Shown here piece after piece: positions 1 through 9,226 of a stretch of DNA of 64,000 nt (its first letter is position 1; each line of letters opens with the position of its first letter). The notes under the pieces were generated by a model that saw nothing but the letters and a program-made list of their open reading frames with translations, was not told where the DNA came from and made no database searches. This DNA comes from Pyrinomonadaceae bacterium (GTDB lineage: Bacteria > Acidobacteriota > Blastocatellia > Pyrinomonadales > Pyrinomonadaceae), in assembly GCA_046313635.1 (NCBI GenBank), contig JBKBYA010000008.1:99786-163785 (forward strand). Reading direction: 5' to 3'. The position numbers were made by a program, and so were the translations under genes.

Positions 1-167
1 CGGGCAGCGAACCTCGCACCGGATCGAGCACGGCAGCAAACCGCCCGAGCTCATCTGCTAAAGTCTATTTACCAGACCACGCTCTCGGCAAATCGTCGGC
101 GGCGAATGGTGAGCGGCAGATCCACTATCCCGCCCGCCAAGCTGAGATGCGAAAGATGAGGACCTAA

Positions 168-287
168 GTTCTGAGATCTCGGATCTGAAAGCAGCAACAG
201 GAGAACCAACCTCGGTATCGGATCCGCGATCTGGATTTGGGATCTGGAATTTGGAATTTGGAATTTGAAATCTGGAATCTGTAATTT
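168..287. repeat. Heptameric tandem repeat array (GATCTGG/AATTTGG/GATCTCG-type)
   Basis: Sequence reads gatctgg atttgg gatctgg aatttgg aatttgg aatttga aatctgg aatctgt, plus the upstream ctgagatctcggatctga. It is intergenic and resembles the heptamers at 18368-18482. Confidence 0.85.
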
Positions 288-306
288 GGCATCTCCCTTT
301 CGGAAT

Positions 307-1077
307 ATGAGACTCACCGTCATCGGCTCCGGCACAGCCGAGCCTCACTCTAGGCGCAGCGGCGCCGGATTTTGGCTCGACACTTCGCGCGGGTCGGTAC
401 TGCTCGACTGTTCGGCCTCGGTCCCGCATCGGATGGCCGCGGAGGGTCTCGATTGGGCCGGGCTAGACGCGATTTGGATCTCGCATTTTCATCTCGATCA
501 CTGCGGCGGATTGGCACCTTTTCTTTTCGGCACGAGGAACGCGACCGCGACTCGCGAACGAAAGAAGCCGCTTCAAATCTTTGGCCCGGTCGGGCTTCGC
601 CGGCTGATCGAGCGGTTTGATGCGGTGAACGAATACAAGCTTTTCAAACAGCCTTTCCCGGTCGAGGTCGTCGAGGTCACGCCGCTTGAGCGTTTTGAGA
701 TCATGCCGGCGATCGAGGCGGTCGCTCTCAAGACGCCGCACACGGATGAGAGCCTGGCGATCAGGATCGAGGACGGCTGGCGCTCGATCGTTTACACGGC
801 CGACACAGGGTTTGGCAAAGAGATCGCTGACTTTGCGCGCGGCGCCGGTCTGCTGGTCATCGAATCGTCATTCTTCAGAGATAAGCCGGTCGATCTGCAC
901 CTAGAGCTCGCCGAAGCGATGTATCTCATCCGTCACGCGCGGCCGCGGCGGGCGATGCTTACGCATTTTTACGGTGAATGGGACGAGGTCGATCTTGCGG
1001 CGGAGACGGCTCGATTTGAGCCTTCGTGCGAGATCGTCGAGGCCGTCGACGGCCTGCGGCTCGATATTGCGGAATGA
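307..1077 (+). CDS. Metallo-beta-lactamase fold hydrolase, RNase Z/BN-like
   Basis: Starts MRLTVIGSG and has LLDC, SHFHLDH (HxHxDH), YTADT and THF motifs. ATG 307 was chosen because the upstream ORF extension lies in the repeat array. Confidence 0.85.
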   Translation: MRLTVIGSGTAEPHSRRSGAGFWLDTSRGSVLLDCSASVPHRMAAEGLDWAGLDAIWISHFHLDHCGGLAPFLFGTRNATATRERKKPLQIFGPVGLRRLIERFDAVNEYKLFKQPFPVEVVEVTPLERFEIMPAIEAVALKTPHTDESLAIRIEDGWRSIVYTADTGFGKEIADFARGAGLLVIESSFFRDKPVDLHLELAEAMYLIRHARPRRAMLTHFYGEWDEVDLAAETARFEPSCEIVEAVDGLRLDIAE

Positions 1078-1171
1078 TCGATCGACCAAAGCAAAAGACC
1101 GGCGACCGATCGGCATCTGTCTCTCTCGGTCGCCGGTCATTCGGCTATGTGCTGTCTCAAGCGGCTGGGTC

Positions 1172-1603
1172 TTACGAGCCGCGTGTATTTCGCCGTGCAA
1201 GCTCCATCAGTTCCTGGGGCATCCACTTGCTGAGATTCTTTTCTTCGGCGCCGGCGATGCCGCGGTTGCGGTTGCGCCATTCTTTTGCGGGGTCGTCCTC
1301 GCGGCCGGACTGCTTTGGATAATTCTCGATCTGCTCGAGACTGATGATGATGCCGTGAGCGATCTCGCTCCAGTCCTCATTCTGGATGCCGCGCAGGACG
1401 ATGGGCAGGCCGGCTGTCCAATCTTCTTCGGGCGTTATGTTGTCAAACTCAGGTATCGTCAGCCGGTCGGTCGACGGGAAAGGTCGGCCCTTGAATTCGC
1501 TGACGATCTGCGATTTGAGGTCGCCGAGCGACCCGTTCGGGTTCGCCTGCCGCAGCTCGACGGCGCGGCGGAAAATGTCAGAAACTGTCGGTTGATCGGC
1601 CAT
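1172..1603 (-). CDS. Hypothetical protein (143 aa)
   Basis: ATG-started ORF with protein-like composition that fills the gap between neighbours. No motif recognised. Confidence 0.7.
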   Translation of the reverse strand: MADQPTVSDIFRRAVELRQANPNGSLGDLKSQIVSEFKGRPFPSTDRLTIPEFDNITPEEDWTAGLPIVLRGIQNEDWSEIAHGIIISLEQIENYPKQSGREDDPAKEWRNRNRGIAGAEEKNLSKWMPQELMELARRNTRGS

Positions 1604-1637
1604 ACTGTTTGAAGCGGCAAATCAAATTGTAAAACAA

Positions 1638-2126
1638 ATGCGAAAGTTCATCTACCAGGCCCACCTGCTTCTCGGTACCGTCGTCGCGGTGCCTGTGCTG
1701 GCGTGGTCGCTAAGCGGATTTCTCTATGCTCTGCCAAACACGGTCGAGGGCGGCACCGTCGAAAAGATCGACGCGGCGCGCGTAAAGGTTTCGCCCGCCG
1801 ACGCCATCGTCCGCGCCTCGCAGCTTGCCGGCAGAGATCTGCCGACGACCGCTCTGACGCTGCTGATGAAGGACGGCCGCCCGCAGTATCAATCGATCGG
1901 CGGCCTCGGCGCGGACTCGATCTTTGTCGACGCCGAGACGGGCGACGCCCGCTGGTCGCAGCCGCCGACGTGGAAGACGCGATTCTTTCGCGAGGCGCAC
2001 TTTTACTTTTTCGCGGGCCGCTGGCAGGTGGCGCTGCTTGTCGTGCTGTCGCTGCTGTCGGCCCTGTCGGCGTTTACGGGCATCTATCTGAATGTCGCTT
2101 ACTGGTCGCAGCGACTTGGCCGCTGA
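1638..2126 (+). CDS. PepSY-associated TM domain protein
   Basis: N-terminal HLLLG...WSLSG TM helix, PepSY-like 'IFVDAETG' segment, then a C-terminal His and TM helix. Confidence 0.75.
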   Translation: MRKFIYQAHLLLGTVVAVPVLAWSLSGFLYALPNTVEGGTVEKIDAARVKVSPADAIVRASQLAGRDLPTTALTLLMKDGRPQYQSIGGLGADSIFVDAETGDARWSQPPTWKTRFFREAHFYFFAGRWQVALLVVLSLLSALSAFTGIYLNVAYWSQRLGR

Positions 2127-2202
2127 CGAGATCGCCGGACAGCCGCTTCGTTGTTTTCGCTCATCCTACGAGCTAGTCTTTTATCACGCGAGGTCAAACG
2201 AG

Positions 2203-2877
2203 ATGAGAATCACCGCCGCGATCTTACTTGCTTTTATCGCCTTCGGCTCCGCTGCCCGAGCTCAGAACGAGCAGGCGCCGATCGTCGAAAAAGAGGTCGC
2301 TTACAAAAACTGGACGTACAAGAGCGTGCGGGACGGCAGCAATGTCGATCTACGCGAACTCGCCCGCGGCAAAAAGCTCGTCGCTGTCGTGTACTTTGCA
2401 CCGTGGTGCGGCAATTGGCGTCACGACGCGCCGATGCTCGAACGCCTTTACCAAAAGTACAAGGCCGACGGCCTCGAGATCGTCGCGGTCGGCGAGTACG
2501 ATCCTGTCGGCTCGATGAAGAGCAATATCGACACGATGAAGCTCACCTTCCCGATGGTCTACGAGAGCGAATCGCGCGACGCAAAGCAAAAGACCTCGCA
2601 CTACGAGTATCGCCGCTCGACCGGCGACACGCGCAATTGGGGCTCGCCATGGTACATCTTTCTCGACCCGTCGCAGTTCCCGGCAAAGGGCGACGTCTTG
2701 ACGACCAAAACAAGCGTCATCAACGGCGAGATGATCGAGGCCGAGGGCGAAAAGTTCATCCGGCGAAAGCTCGGGCTTGGGCCGGGCGCCGTCGACGATA
2801 AAAAAGTGGGAGCGTTCGCCAAAACAAAGATCGAGATCTGCGAGCCGGCGAAGCCCTCGCCGCTGACAAAGCCTTAG
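2203..2877 (+). CDS. Exported TlpA/redoxin-like thioredoxin-fold protein (single-Cys WCGNW motif)
   Basis: Signal peptide, then 'GKKLVAVVYFAPWCGNW..P.LERLYQKYKADGLEIVAV', a TlpA-like pattern. Confidence 0.75.
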   Translation: MRITAAILLAFIAFGSAARAQNEQAPIVEKEVAYKNWTYKSVRDGSNVDLRELARGKKLVAVVYFAPWCGNWRHDAPMLERLYQKYKADGLEIVAVGEYDPVGSMKSNIDTMKLTFPMVYESESRDAKQKTSHYEYRRSTGDTRNWGSPWYIFLDPSQFPAKGDVLTTKTSVINGEMIEAEGEKFIRRKLGLGPGAVDDKKVGAFAKTKIEICEPAKPSPLTKP

Positions 2878-2901
2878 GATCGCATCTTGTACTCAAACTA
2901 A

Positions 2902-2939
2902 AAGCGGCGGGAACGCGATGTCCCGCCGCTTCGTTTTTT
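2902..2939. terminator. Bidirectional intrinsic terminator
   Basis: aagcggcggga/tcccgccgctt hairpin with an A run before and a T run after, between convergent genes. Confidence 0.75.
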
Positions 2940-2952
2940 GCTGTGCTTCTCG

Positions 2953-3501
2953 TTAAAGTTCGGCGTTCGGCATCAACGCCAGCGTGTCGTTCAGCTTTTG
3001 CTGGATCTGACGCAGCGGAGCGTTGGCCGCTACGAACCTGCCGGCGATGGCCGAGTCCTCGGACTGACCAGCGAGTTCCGAAATGCCCTGGATCGAAGTG
3101 AGATACTTCTTGAGATCCGGCTTGGTGCGAAATTCCGTCTCGAGACTGACGAGCCCCTCACGCAGGCCGCGGATCGCCGCGACGACCTTTCGCTTGTCGG
3201 CCTCGTTCTTGTCGATCGATTCCCTCTTGAGTTTGCGTGCACGGGCCTCGGCGTCGAGCGCTTCGATATTCTGCGCGATCGGGCCGAGACGCGCGACAAA
3301 GCCGGTGACGTTCGCAAGCTGGTTCGAGACCTTGACGCGCGCGGCCCTGACCTCGAGCGGCGGGAGCGTCGGTGTCTTGGTCGTTGTCGTCGTGGTCCGC
3401 TTGGTCGTCGTGCGTTTTGAAATGGTTCGCTGCGCGTCGGCGGTCGTTCCAAGAAGTGCCACCGCGGCCGCGATAAACGTAAGGTAAATTGCAGTTCTCA
3501 T
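2953..3501 (-). CDS. Secreted hypothetical helical protein
   Basis: Signal peptide (MRTAIYLTFIAAAVALLGTTADA), a Thr/Lys-rich linker and a coiled-coil-like body. Confidence 0.75.
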   Translation of the reverse strand: MRTAIYLTFIAAAVALLGTTADAQRTISKRTTTKRTTTTTTKTPTLPPLEVRAARVKVSNQLANVTGFVARLGPIAQNIEALDAEARARKLKRESIDKNEADKRKVVAAIRGLREGLVSLETEFRTKPDLKKYLTSIQGISELAGQSEDSAIAGRFVAANAPLRQIQQKLNDTLALMPNAEL

Positions 3502-3551
3502 CGTCTTCCCCGCCTGTTCAAAGTATGGCAAACATCTTATCATACCGATAT

Positions 3552-4241
3552 ATGCGGGAGAGATCGTTGGAGGTCCGGCGTCTCGGACGAGTTGCCTATC
3601 GAGATGCTTTGGAGCTCCAAAACCAGCTCGAGGCAGAGGTCATCGCCGAGCGTAAGAACGACTATTTACTGCTGCTCGAGCATCCGCATGTCTTTACGCT
3701 CGGCCGCCGCTCGAGGGATGGCGGCGTGCTCGCGACGGCCGAACTTCTTCGCGATCTCGACATCGAGGTCTTTGAGATAAACCGCGGCGGCAAGGTCACA
3801 TATCACGGCCTCGGGCAGATCGTCGGCTATCCGATCATCAGCCTCTCGCCCGATCGCGAGGACGTGCACCGGTACGTCCGGGATATCGAAGAAGTGCTCA
3901 TCCGCACGATGGCGGATCATGGGATCGAGGCCTTTCGCATCGAGGGTCTCACGGGCGTGCACACCCGCGAAGGCAAGGTGGCGGCGATCGGCGTACATAT
4001 CAAACGCTGGGTCACGACTCACGGCTTTGCGCTCAACGTCAACACCGATCTCAGCTACTACAACTGGATCATCGCCTGCGACGGCGAACCGGTCACGTCG
4101 ATGGAGCGCCTGCTCGGCCGCGAGGTCGATATGGCGGAGGTCGAGGAGCGGATGATCGAGAATTTCAGGGACGTTTTTGGATACAGCGCTTTGCTCGCTC
4201 CGGCTGTGGACTCAAAGGCAGGCTCGGTCGTCGCAGGTTAA
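3552..4241 (+). CDS. lipB: Lipoyl(octanoyl) transferase
   Basis: LEHPHVFTLG, RGGKVTYHG, GKVAAIG, HGFALNV and IIAC motifs. Confidence 0.93.
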   Translation: MRERSLEVRRLGRVAYRDALELQNQLEAEVIAERKNDYLLLLEHPHVFTLGRRSRDGGVLATAELLRDLDIEVFEINRGGKVTYHGLGQIVGYPIISLSPDREDVHRYVRDIEEVLIRTMADHGIEAFRIEGLTGVHTREGKVAAIGVHIKRWVTTHGFALNVNTDLSYYNWIIACDGEPVTSMERLLGREVDMAEVEERMIENFRDVFGYSALLAPAVDSKAGSVVAG

Positions 4242-4250
4242 AAGATCTTT

Positions 4251-4339
4251 CTTTGCGTCCTTCGCGTCGCACTTTGCGAACTTTGCGTTTAGGTCTTTTT
4301 CACCGCAAAGAACGCCAAGAGCAAGACGCAAAGCACGCA
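4251..4339. repeat. Palindromic element with 9-bp tandem arms (CTTTGCGNN / NNCGCAAAG)
   Basis: ctttgcgtc cttcgcgtc..ctttgcgaa ctttgcg, followed by cgcaaag aacgccaag..gacgcaaag cacgca. Confidence 0.8.
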
Positions 4340-4384
4340 TGGGTATATTGCGAATCGGTTGAACGAATCGGGGGAACAATAATA

Positions 4385-5365
4385 ATGAAAATCGCAGCAT
4401 CGCTCTTACTGTCTTCACTCTGTCTCGCCGTCTCATCTTGCGCTCCGGGGCCGGCGAATACGGCCGGCAACTCCAACGCGGCGAACGCAAACGCGAGCGC
4501 CTCGCCCGCGGTCCAAAACCTGACGACCGTCGATCGCCCGCAAAATATCAAGGACCAGATGGCGAGCCGCGGCGAGCAGGACGCGGCCGCTCCGACACTC
4601 AAGATCGTCGAGCCGGCGGCAAACTCGACGGTCAACGGATCGACCGTAAAAGTGAAGCTCAGTATCGCGGGCGATCTCAAAGGCTATCAGCCGCACAAGG
4701 ACGCCGCGACCGGCTCGGGCAATCACATTCACGTGATCCTCGACAACCAGCCCTACGAAGCCTATTACGATCTCGGGCAGGAGTTCGAATTGCGAAACGT
4801 CTCGGACGGCGAGCACACGCTGCGCGTCTTCCCGTCGCGGCCTTGGCACGAGAGTTATAAGAACGAAGGCGCGTTCCAGATGGTGAAGTTCACCGTCAAG
4901 AACGGCGGCGCCGACGCGAGCAAGCCCGCGACGACCAACTCGGGCCAGCCGATGTCGTCGGCGAGCGGCAACGCGAACGTAAGCGAGCGTGCCAACGCTA
5001 ATACCTCGGCCGCGGTCGAGGGCAAGGACGTGCAGCGAACGAACGCCGGACCTGTCGACCCGACCAAGCCGCTGCTGACCTACAGCCGGCCAAAGGGCGA
5101 ATACAAAGGCGCCGATGCGGACGCGATCATGATCGATTTCTGGCTTGCTAACGCGAAGCTCACCGGCGACGGCGGCGAGTATCGCGTTCGCTATTCGGTC
5201 GACGGCGGCGAGCCGAGATTCATCGACAAATGGGAGCCGATATGGCTCTCGGGCTGGACGGCCGGCAAGCACACGGTCAAGCTCGAACTCGTCGATAAGA
5301 ACGGCGCCGTGGTCGACAACGGCGGGTACAATTCGACGACGCGCGAGATCACGGTGATCAAATAG
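4385..5365 (+). CDS. Uncharacterised lipoprotein with two Ig-like/His-containing domains
   Basis: Lipobox-like LAVSSC, an Asn/Ala linker, and GNHIHVILDNQPY...GEHTLRVFPSRPWHES. Confidence 0.8.
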   Translation: MKIAASLLLSSLCLAVSSCAPGPANTAGNSNAANANASASPAVQNLTTVDRPQNIKDQMASRGEQDAAAPTLKIVEPAANSTVNGSTVKVKLSIAGDLKGYQPHKDAATGSGNHIHVILDNQPYEAYYDLGQEFELRNVSDGEHTLRVFPSRPWHESYKNEGAFQMVKFTVKNGGADASKPATTNSGQPMSSASGNANVSERANANTSAAVEGKDVQRTNAGPVDPTKPLLTYSRPKGEYKGADADAIMIDFWLANAKLTGDGGEYRVRYSVDGGEPRFIDKWEPIWLSGWTAGKHTVKLELVDKNGAVVDNGGYNSTTREITVIK

Positions 5366-5425
5366 CCGAGTGTCGCACCCGGAAATAAGGACGGCAGGCA
5401 CCGCAAACGCCTGCCGTATGTTTTT
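5365..5425 (+). ncRNA. Probable guanidine-III (ykkC-III) riboswitch with overlapping terminator-like hairpin
   Basis: CCGAG-TGTCG-CA-CCCGG-AAATAAGG-ACGGCA can form the P1/P2 pseudoknot of ykkC-III. It lies directly upstream of a Gdx-type SMR gene. Confidence 0.6.
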
Positions 5426-5746
5426 ATGAATTGGCTCTTTTTGTTCATTGCCGGAATATTCGAGATCGCGTGGGCGATCGGGCTCAAATACACCGACGGC
5501 TGGTCGCGGCTGTGGCCGAGCGTCGCAACCGTCGTGCTGATGATCGCGAGCTTTTACTTTCTCTCGCTCGCCGTCAGGACGCTGCCGCTCGGTACGGCCT
5601 ACGCGGTGTGGACCGGCATCGGCACGGTCGGCGCCGCGCTGCTGGGGATGCTGCTGTTTGACGAGCCGCGAGACATCATTCGCGTCGTGTGCATTCTGCT
5701 CATCGTCGCCGGCATCGTCGGGCTCAAGATCGCGTCGCCCAATTAA
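5426..5746 (+). CDS. sugE: SMR-family guanidinium exporter (Gdx/SugE)
   Basis: 106 aa with 4 TM helices; AGIFEIAWAIGLK and GTAYAVWTGIG motifs. Confidence 0.9.
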   Translation: MNWLFLFIAGIFEIAWAIGLKYTDGWSRLWPSVATVVLMIASFYFLSLAVRTLPLGTAYAVWTGIGTVGAALLGMLLFDEPRDIIRVVCILLIVAGIVGLKIASPN

Positions 5747-5821
5747 GACATTCGGCACTCGCGTATTAGAATCACATTTCTTATTTAACGGTTCTTTTTA
5801 AGACCTATATCGGAGACCATT

Positions 5822-6559
5822 ATGGAACGCGTGACCACGTCGTGGTACAGCCACAACTTGAATATGGATATGCCGCTCGTCAGGTACGGGCATGCGGGCT
5901 ACCCGCTGCTGATGTTTCCGACGGCGGCGGCCGATTATCTCGAATATGAGAGATTTCACCTGATCGACGCGATCAAGGACCTTATCGAGCGCGGCCAGAT
6001 ACGCGCTTACTCGATCAACTCGGTCAATCGCTACAGCCTGCTCAACCAGGGGTCGCATCCCGGCTGGAAGGTCGAGATGCTGACCCGCTACGACAAGTAC
6101 GTGACCGAAGAGGTTCTGCCGCTCATCCGCAGCGAATGCGGGCCCGATGCGCGGCCGCTCGTCACCGGAGCGTCGCTCGGCGCACTGCTGGCGGTCAATA
6201 CCTACTTCAAGCACCCCGATCTCTTTCGCGGCGTGATCGCGATGAGCGGCAGCTACGACATCTACAACTATCTCGACGCGGGCTATTACGACGACAACGT
6301 CTACTTCAATAACCCGGCGATGTATCTTAAAAATCTCGACGACGACCGCTACCTGCCGCTCCTGCGTCAGGCTGACTCGATCGTCATCGTCAGCGGCCAG
6401 GGAGCGTACGAGGCGCCTGAGCGAAGCCGCGAGCTCTCGCAGATCCTACATTCAAAGGGCATACCGCACCTTCTCGAATTGTGGGGCCGCGACGTCAGCC
6501 ACGACTGGCCCTGGTGGCGAAAGATGCTGCCGCATTATCTGGGTAGATTTGTTTCCTAG
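5822..6559 (+). CDS. Putative esterase (alpha/beta hydrolase)
   Basis: YGHAGYP, GASLG nucleophile elbow and HDWPWW. Confidence 0.85.
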   Translation: MERVTTSWYSHNLNMDMPLVRYGHAGYPLLMFPTAAADYLEYERFHLIDAIKDLIERGQIRAYSINSVNRYSLLNQGSHPGWKVEMLTRYDKYVTEEVLPLIRSECGPDARPLVTGASLGALLAVNTYFKHPDLFRGVIAMSGSYDIYNYLDAGYYDDNVYFNNPAMYLKNLDDDRYLPLLRQADSIVIVSGQGAYEAPERSRELSQILHSKGIPHLLELWGRDVSHDWPWWRKMLPHYLGRFVS

Positions 6560-6578
6560 CGTGGTGCAGGCGACAAAA

Positions 6579-6629
6579 TGAGAAAGGGAGAAAGTGAGCA
6601 GCTCACCTTCTCCCTTTCTCCGTTTCTCA
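6579..6629. repeat. Palindrome with 8-bp tandem arms (GGAGAAAG/CTTTCTCC), may also terminate transcription
   Basis: tgagaaag ggagaaag tgagc a gctca ccttctcc ctttctcc gtttctca, between convergent genes. Confidence 0.8.
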
Positions 6630-6648
6630 CACAAAAACCCTCGCCGCG

Positions 6649-9210
6649 TCACCCGTCGCCCTTCTTTCCCTTTCGTTTCGTACCTTCTGAGGGCGGCGGA
6701 TTTTCGACGCGCTTCGGCGTCGGGACCGGCTTGACCGGATCTTCGATAACGACCCGCGGATTGTTGGGCTTTTCGCCGCCGCTCGGATTCGGCGCGTCGG
6801 GGTCGCCGCTCGGCGGGGGCGTTACGAAGTTGGGGTCGGGTGTCGGCTTTGGCCCGGGATCGAACGCGACACCGGTCTTGCGGCCGGCGATCTCGGCCTC
6901 CTGTAGCTTTTCGAGCTCCTCGCGCTTGTTGCGGGCGATCAGGTCGCGGATGTCGTTCGGTATCGGCGGCGGCTCCGGGAATCGCTCGATCGGCTTGCCT
7001 TTCATAAACACGTTCATGAACGCGTTAAAGTACGGCAGCGCTCCGTGCCCGCCCGTCATATTTGCGCCGAGGTCCTGCTTCTTTTCCGGGTTGCCCATCC
7101 ATACGCCCGTGACGTAGGTCGGCGTGTAGCCGATGAACCAGACGTCGGTGTGATCGTTCACCGTACCGGTCTTGCCGGCGACGGGATGTCCGGCGGCGCT
7201 GGCCCCGGCCGCGGTCCCGCCCGGCCCGGTCACGGCGCGCATCATATCGACCATCGTCAGCGCGACATATTCGCTCGTCACTTTTGAGCTCTGGTTGTCC
7301 CACTCCTCAAGGAGCGAGCCGTCGCGGCTGTACACCTTGCGGATCAGGTGCGGGATCATCCGGATGCCCTTATTTGGAAATGCGGAATACGCCGACGTCA
7401 TCTCAAGCAGCGACGCCTCGCTCGCTCCGAGTGCCGAGGGCAGGCTCGGCGCCATCGGATTGGTAATGCCAAATCGCCGCACCATCTGCGCGCCGGCCTG
7501 TATGCCGACCTGCTCGAGCAGGTGTACGGCGGCGAGGTTGTACGACTTGGCGAGAGCGAGCTTCATCGGGACGTTCGGGTGGCTCAGACTGCCGTCGTAG
7601 TTGTGCGGCATCCAGCTGCCTTTCTTGACCGGCGCTCCGCTGACCATCATCTCGGGAGTCATTCCATTCTCGACGGCGGCCGTATAGATAAAAGGCTTGT
7701 ACGCCGACCCTGTCTGGCGCAGCCCCTGGGTCACGTTGTTGAAGCGGCTGGTGTGAAAGTCGTAGCCGCCGACCATCGCGACGATCTCGCCGTTCTTGGC
7801 GTTGATCGTGACGATGCCCGCCTGCACCTCAGGCACCTGCGAGAGCTCGACCTCGAGTGTCTGGTTGTCGTTATCCACCTTTTTGACCAAAAACTCGCAG
7901 AGCAGGCCCGGCTTGAGCTCGTCCTTTGGACGCTTGCCGCTGCGCCCCATATTCGCGGGCCCGACGATCGCCTTGTAACGGCCAAAGCGCACGGCCGCCG
8001 CGTCTGCCGCCGCGTTGACGTTCATCACGAGGCCCTTGACGTACTCGCCCTCCTCGTACTCGTCGCCGTACCAGTCGGCGTGCTTGTAGCTGTTGAGCCG
8101 CTGCTGAATTTCCTTTTCGTCGGTCAGCGGCTGGTTGTCGCTGCCGACAAGGATGTTCTGGTAATCCGAGCGCCAGCGGCGTCCGCGGTCGTAGGCGCGA
8201 AGCTGCTCGCGGACGACCTTGGTCGCCTGCTTTTGCGCGTCGACGTTGATCGTCGTATAGACCTTGAGCCCGCCCTGCGCGACGCGGGTCGTGTATTTCT
8301 CTTCGAGGTAGCGGCGGATCTCCTCGACCGGATAATCCCACGCGGTGGATTTCGGCAGTGCCTGGTAATACGCGGTGTCGGCGAGCTTGATCGGCTTTGC
8401 CTTGGCCGCGTCGGCCGCGGCCTGCGAGTACTTTTCTGGAAAGTACTTGGCCATCTGGTCGAGGACGATATCGCGCCGCATCTTCGCCTTTTCCATGTTG
8501 CGGGTGGGCGAATACTCCGGCGACTTGGGAATGGCGGCGAGCAGCGCGGCCTCCTCGAGGTTGAGGTCCTTGAGCGACTTGCCGAAGTACGTCCTCGCTC
8601 CGGCCTCAAAGCCGTAGGCCCCGGCGCCGAGAAAGACGTAGTTCATATACATCTCGAGGATCTGGTCCTTGGTATAGAACCGCTCGATCTGCAGCGCGAC
8701 GGCCCACTCGTTGACCTTGCGGGTCAGCGTCTGGTCCTTGTAGAGAAAGAGATTCTTGGCGAGCTGCTGCGTGATGGTCGAGGCCCCCTCGGTCTTGCCG
8801 TAGACGACGTTGCGGACGACGGCCCCGGCGATGCGGTACGGGTCGATGCCGATGTGGTCGCGAAATCGATAGTCCTCGATGGCGAGCAGAGCGTCGGTGA
8901 CCTGCGGCGGTACGTCCTGGATCTTGATCGGGATGCGCTTTTCGATCGCGAACTCGGCGAGCACCGTCTCGCCGTCGTCGGCGTAGATCGTCGTCACCTG
9001 CGGCGGTCGGTAGGTCGCAAGCGCCGACACCTCGATCGAGTACCGCGAGTTGTTCAGGTAATAGGACGCGAGCACGCCGGTCAGTGCGCCGGCCGAGAGG
9101 GCCAGCAGCAGCGTCAGACCAAACCAGATAAAACGGCCGCCGCGCGAGCGCGTCCTGGCCTCGACGCTCGCGACCTCTTTTGTGACCTTTCGCCTGAACT
9201 CCCTTGCCAT
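6649..9210 (-). CDS. Class A penicillin-binding protein (PBP1A family)
   Basis: Transglycosylase motifs EDYRF and GASTITQQLAKN; transpeptidase motifs SAYK, SYN and KTG. Confidence 0.93.
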   Translation of the reverse strand: MAREFRRKVTKEVASVEARTRSRGGRFIWFGLTLLLALSAGALTGVLASYYLNNSRYSIEVSALATYRPPQVTTIYADDGETVLAEFAIEKRIPIKIQDVPPQVTDALLAIEDYRFRDHIGIDPYRIAGAVVRNVVYGKTEGASTITQQLAKNLFLYKDQTLTRKVNEWAVALQIERFYTKDQILEMYMNYVFLGAGAYGFEAGARTYFGKSLKDLNLEEAALLAAIPKSPEYSPTRNMEKAKMRRDIVLDQMAKYFPEKYSQAAADAAKAKPIKLADTAYYQALPKSTAWDYPVEEIRRYLEEKYTTRVAQGGLKVYTTINVDAQKQATKVVREQLRAYDRGRRWRSDYQNILVGSDNQPLTDEKEIQQRLNSYKHADWYGDEYEEGEYVKGLVMNVNAAADAAAVRFGRYKAIVGPANMGRSGKRPKDELKPGLLCEFLVKKVDNDNQTLEVELSQVPEVQAGIVTINAKNGEIVAMVGGYDFHTSRFNNVTQGLRQTGSAYKPFIYTAAVENGMTPEMMVSGAPVKKGSWMPHNYDGSLSHPNVPMKLALAKSYNLAAVHLLEQVGIQAGAQMVRRFGITNPMAPSLPSALGASEASLLEMTSAYSAFPNKGIRMIPHLIRKVYSRDGSLLEEWDNQSSKVTSEYVALTMVDMMRAVTGPGGTAAGASAAGHPVAGKTGTVNDHTDVWFIGYTPTYVTGVWMGNPEKKQDLGANMTGGHGALPYFNAFMNVFMKGKPIERFPEPPPIPNDIRDLIARNKREELEKLQEAEIAGRKTGVAFDPGPKPTPDPNFVTPPPSGDPDAPNPSGGEKPNNPRVVIEDPVKPVPTPKRVENPPPSEGTKRKGKKGDG

Positions 9211-9226
9211 TACTGCCTAAAGCCTC

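Noticed and set aside
1..165. Partial gene at the left edge
   Set aside because: No frame gave a recognisable protein, so none could be assigned.
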